DNA of 64,000 nucleotides from a virus (Duplodnaviria; Heunggongvirae; Uroviricota; Caudoviricetes): IMG/VR virus record IMGVR_UViG_3300037067_007156, positions 269,519 to 333,518 of that record; one strand, 5' to 3'. Shown piece by piece: positions 59,901 to 64,000 of this stretch (position 1 is its first letter; each line of letters starts with the position of its first letter). The notes under the pieces were generated by a model. It saw only the letters and a program-made list of their open reading frames with translations, ran no database searches and was not told where the DNA came from. The position numbers and the translations under genes were made by a program.

Positions 59901-61064
59901 TTATAAAAAATTAATTATTTCTTTTTTACCATCTAAATAAATCATATCAAATACATCCTTGGAAAAATATTTTTCCATTTTCAATAAATCATATGGTGGT
60001 TTTTTAGTTTCAATAGCCAATTTATTTAAATCTTTTATTTTATTTAAACGCTTTTGAGCGTCATATTTATTTGGTTTATTCTTTAAAATATCCTTAAACA
60101 ATAATTTCCATAGAAACACTTGATAACCCTCTTTCAACATTTTAACGGAATTTTTATAACCATCGTCATCATTGTCATAAAATAAACGAATTTTAACGTT
60201 TTCATCTTTTAATAAAAATGATAAATCAGTGTTAACGCCAACTACACCTATACTATTTGGAAAAAATATTGAATCAAAGTAACCCTCGAATATTGTGACA
60301 GTTTCATTAAAATCAATATTCAAAATATTGATAAAATGTGATAATTTATTATAAGCTATTGTTTCAAATTCATCCAATTTATTATCTGAATGAACAATAT
60401 TATACATTTCACTAAATTCTATGATATGATAAAAACGTTTAATTTTTTCTTCTTTTAAATTTCTTAATTGCATTCCAAGTAATAAATTATCATGCCTGTT
60501 TAAAATTATAACAACTGGTTCTTTCCAGCTATCAGAGAAATGATAAATACCCTCGTATAAATTCGGGTCATTTTGTATATTTCTATTCAATAAAAGATAT
60601 TGATATACAATACTACCTTTTTGAACTGGTTTGATATCTGTTAATTTAAATTCTGGATGTGTATTGTAAAATTCAACAACATCGTTTAATGGTAAAAGTT
60701 TATCAAGCTTAGTTATAACAAAATCATCATCCTTTTTGTAAAATGTATTATTATCAATGTAATCATACATTTCAAGACGTTTTTCTATATCAATTTCAAT
60801 GTCGAAAGTTTCACATAATTTAACGAAAGATGCATGGTATCCACAGTTAAAACATTTATACATTAAATTCTTGAAATAAAGATTTCCTCTTTTTTTAGAA
60901 ACTATTTTTTCAGAATCACCACAGACTGGACATGCAAAGTTTAATCTATCATGATGTTCCTTTACATTTTTTTTCTGTGGATTTCTATGCGCTTTATCAA
61001 TTATATGAGAAATTTTTTCCTTGACATATTTCTTATCAAGTGTATATGTTTTTAATTCGTCCAT
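59901..61064 (-). CDS. DNA primase (T4 gp61-like)
   Basis: CPVCGDS...KRG...YKCFNCG zinc domain; FEGYFDS and YDNDDDG TOPRIM; IKDLN; likely start MDELK at 61064. Confidence 0.9.
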   Translation of the reverse strand: MDELKTYTLDKKYVKEKISHIIDKAHRNPQKKNVKEHHDRLNFACPVCGDSEKIVSKKRGNLYFKNLMYKCFNCGYHASFVKLCETFDIEIDIEKRLEMYDYIDNNTFYKKDDDFVITKLDKLLPLNDVVEFYNTHPEFKLTDIKPVQKGSIVYQYLLLNRNIQNDPNLYEGIYHFSDSWKEPVVIILNRHDNLLLGMQLRNLKEEKIKRFYHIIEFSEMYNIVHSDNKLDEFETIAYNKLSHFINILNIDFNETVTIFEGYFDSIFFPNSIGVVGVNTDLSFLLKDENVKIRLFYDNDDDGYKNSVKMLKEGYQVFLWKLLFKDILKNKPNKYDAQKRLNKIKDLNKLAIETKKPPYDLLKMEKYFSKDVFDMIYLDGKKEIINFL

Positions 61065-61401
61065 TAAAATCCTTTTATTTCTTATATTATTAAAAAAAGA
61101 AAAAGTTGATTTCTTTTTATAAATATATAAGTATGTAATTAACATGCGAATGTAAAAAATAATTTTATTTTATGGAAGAATATTTGATAAAAGAAACAGG
61201 TCTTACGACTGATGACTTACAATCTTTAAGAGAAACTTTTGTTTCTCAATATGCAAGAAAAAACGGATGGGATGTAAATAATCTAACAGATGAACAGTTA
61301 AATGAAATAAGAACTCAAAAAGGTTATCGAGTTCCACTTTTATTATCTTAATTGATGTTATTTTAATTGGTATTTCATATATTTGTATTTTAAAATAATA
61401 T

Positions 61402-61821
61402 ATGATACCGACTAAAGAAACTAAAACTGTTTATAGAAAAATTCTGTTAGCTTCCTTGTATAAGGATTTCTCGCAGTATCAACACAAATTTCAAAAAAGT
61501 GGATATGTTGATGATGAGTGTAATTATTATACGATTGATTACAATCCGGTTGTTATAAAAATACATATACATGCTTTTATTGGTAAGGTTCAAGTTATAA
61601 ATAAAACTACTGGTGAATATTTTTATTTTTTGTCTGTATTTAATTTTTGGTTTAATAAAAATTTGAGAATCGGTTATTATACAATTCTCAAAAAATATTT
61701 CAGCGATACTAAAATACAAAAACAGCTTGAAGCAAATAGAAAATCTAACGAAGATTTTTTGAATTCATTGCCTATCAACTTGGCACGATTGGAAAAGATT
61801 AAAGAAATTCTTGATACATGA
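61402..61821 (+). CDS. Hypothetical protein with C-terminal RxxKIxxI motif
   Basis: Ends ARLEKIKEILDT; TATATTTG at 61378-61385. Confidence 0.7.
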   Translation: MIPTKETKTVYRKILLASLYKDFSQYQHKFQKSGYVDDECNYYTIDYNPVVIKIHIHAFIGKVQVINKTTGEYFYFLSVFNFWFNKNLRIGYYTILKKYFSDTKIQKQLEANRKSNEDFLNSLPINLARLEKIKEILDT

Positions 61822-62312
61822 TAATAGACAACAAACAAATATTATATGAATCGGGTTTAGAAAATTATATTTATAAAAAACTGGGATTTTCAACAACTGA
61901 AACACAAAGGCGTATAGCAATTCTTGAATATTATAACATACCTTTGTTTTTTAAAGAAAATACGATAAAAAATTTTACATTTTATTCTATATTTTTAACT
62001 AATTTTAAATGTGGTGATGATATAATACAATTAATGAAAAAGATGGAAAATCATCTGATTTACATTGATAATAAAATATATCCAACAGAAATAATTAAAT
62101 GTTTAACACCATTTGCTTTTATCAATGAAAGTAATAATATGCGATATATTCATGGTTTTAAAACTGGTGATGAAGTTTCATATAGAGAAGAATTAAATAC
62201 ACTTTTCGAGAAAATAAAACCAAGTCATCATTTTTCCTTCGATATTTTGGTGTTTATAATGGATATAGTTAAATTGCGCTCTTTAAAAATTAAAGAAATT
62301 TTAAACGATTAA
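61818..62312 (+). CDS. Hypothetical protein with C-terminal RxxKIxxI motif
   Basis: Ends LRSLKIKEILND. Confidence 0.7.
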   Translation: MIIDNKQILYESGLENYIYKKLGFSTTETQRRIAILEYYNIPLFFKENTIKNFTFYSIFLTNFKCGDDIIQLMKKMENHLIYIDNKIYPTEIIKCLTPFAFINESNNMRYIHGFKTGDEVSYREELNTLFEKIKPSHHFSFDILVFIMDIVKLRSLKIKEILND

Positions 62313-62537
62313 AAATGAATAATTTAAAACTATTAACAGAAAAAAGAGCTACAATTATTAAAAACTTGGAATATGCTCTCAAACACGGGAAAAATGATAA
62401 TTTTCTTTTCTTTAATAAACAATTGGATGAAATTGATTCAAAGATTGAAAAAATTAAAAAAATTCAAGAATCTACCAATTATCCATATTATTTTTAAACT
62501 TTTCATATAGTTTTTACTATCTATATTTAAAAACATT

Positions 62538-63230
62538 TTGTTCATGGATTATAGTAAATTGCTTTTTTTTGATATTGAAACCGTTGGTAAATATAAGGAT
62601 GTGGATGAATTGAAGAAATTCGACAAAAGACTTTTTAAATTATTAGAAAAAAAATTCAAAAACTCTGGTGATAAAGAGCGATGGGATAGTGAAACTATTG
62701 AGGAATTATATCTTAGAATGTCACCACTTATACCAGAATATGGAAAAATTGTATGTGTCAGTTTAGGATATACTGATGAAACCAACAAATGGATAATACA
62801 GTCTTATACTGGGAATGAAATAGATATATTAGAAAATATTCAAAAAATATTTTTAAAATCTGGTAAAACAGGGTTCGTGCCATGTGGATATAACATAGTT
62901 TTGTTTGATTTACCTTGGATAAACAAAAAAATGATTAAATATGGATTAAGAATACCTTATAATATTCAATTGTTCGATAAGAAACCTTGGACAACAGGTG
63001 TGTTTGATTTATCTGATGCATGGAAAACAACTGGGCGATATTGGAGTTCATTAGATGAGGTGACATATGAACTCGATTTACCTTCCCCTAAAGGTGAATT
63101 ATCCGGTGATAAAGTACATTATACATATTGGGTGGAAGGTGATATTAAAAAGATTGCTAAATATTGTGAAGGTGATGTATTTGCATTAAAAGGTATGTGG
63201 GATAAATTATCTAAGTGTATTACCGTGTAA
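62538..63230 (+). CDS. DEDDy 3'-5' exonuclease (PolB-exo2-like)
   Basis: FFDIETV, GYNIVLFDLP, KPW, YCEGDV. Confidence 0.9.
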   Translation: MFMDYSKLLFFDIETVGKYKDVDELKKFDKRLFKLLEKKFKNSGDKERWDSETIEELYLRMSPLIPEYGKIVCVSLGYTDETNKWIIQSYTGNEIDILENIQKIFLKSGKTGFVPCGYNIVLFDLPWINKKMIKYGLRIPYNIQLFDKKPWTTGVFDLSDAWKTTGRYWSSLDEVTYELDLPSPKGELSGDKVHYTYWVEGDIKKIAKYCEGDVFALKGMWDKLSKCITV

Positions 63231-64000
63231 AAAATAATTATAAAAATATGTCAAAAAGTATCGTTCATTTAAAAAAGGAATTAACAAATAATATCACATA
63301 TGCTGAAAAACATATTGTGATGTGTTATAAAGAAATGAAATTTTATAATAAACTTCCTAATGATTGTACTGGTTTTAAATTACCAGATGATACAATATGT
63401 GAAAACAAAGATTATAAAATAGATGCCCTTACAAATTACCAACACCAGATTGGTTACATGGAATGTTTAAAAAATTATAGTAAAGATATTTTGGATTTGT
63501 TAAACATGACTGATACTCAATTTGAAATTCATATGCAAGAACAAGCATTAATAGATGAACACAATCGTCAAGAGTTGGCGAGGGTAAAAGCAAAAGTTTT
63601 TGGCAAGAAAAAATAAAAATAAACATATGGACTTTTTAACGTTAATATTGATAATAATAGCAACATATGTACTTATATTATGGGATTTCACTCTAAGTTA
63701 TTCAAATGGTAAAAAAGAATATAAGATTGAATATAATGGGTTGCTGTGGGTTGGACTTGATTACTGGTCAATTTGTAAGTATAAAAGCAGTGATAAACCT
63801 ATAAAATGGATTAATATCACTCGCTCATAATTATGGTAAACAAAGATATTCAGAAAAAGCTTTTTAGTTTTAGATATTTAAATAGTGATAATAAAGGTAA
63901 TTATTTAAATAATATTAAAATCGATTTAGAGGAAGAGCGTAATCATTTTCTTAATACTAAAGGTGATTCTGAATTATATCATTTATATCGATTAGCTTAT

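Noticed and set aside
1-64000. Stop-codon recoding, tRNA or rRNA genes
   Set aside because: The standard code gives dense full-length genes ending in TAA, TAG and TGA; no cloverleaf or rRNA signature seen

Overview
Very AT-rich, gene-dense segment of a large (jumbo/huge, T4-like-related) bacteriophage, most likely infecting Bacteroidota. Phage evidence: gp61-like primase, gp13-like neck protein, Mre11-Rad50 (gp47-gp46) fusion, dUTPase, endolysin, tail-fibre-like protein and homing endonucleases. Host evidence: TAnnTTTG promoters and Bacteroidota-type Cas9 motifs. The centrepiece is a complete minimal type II-C CRISPR module: tracrRNA (~14985-15129), compact ~1131-aa Cas9 with catalytic residues retained, and an 11-repeat/10-spacer array, with no cas1/cas2 in the window. 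Structure the annotation does not explain: (i) a dispersed paralogous gene family whose 3' end is a 36-nt repeat/30-nt spacer/partial repeat unit resembling the CRISPR repeat; (ii) mini-proteins resembling the T4 major-capsid Gol segment; (iii) 14 mostly unrelated proteins sharing a C-terminal RxxK[IL]xx[IL] helix; (iv) ~20 proteins with a T4 capsid-targeting-like N-terminus, mostly behind a TTAATATATA motif, including Acb1-like and ADP-ribosyltransferase-like enzymes; (v) a phage-borne 3xPAS hybrid histidine kinase. All calls come from reading motifs by eye; no database search was run.
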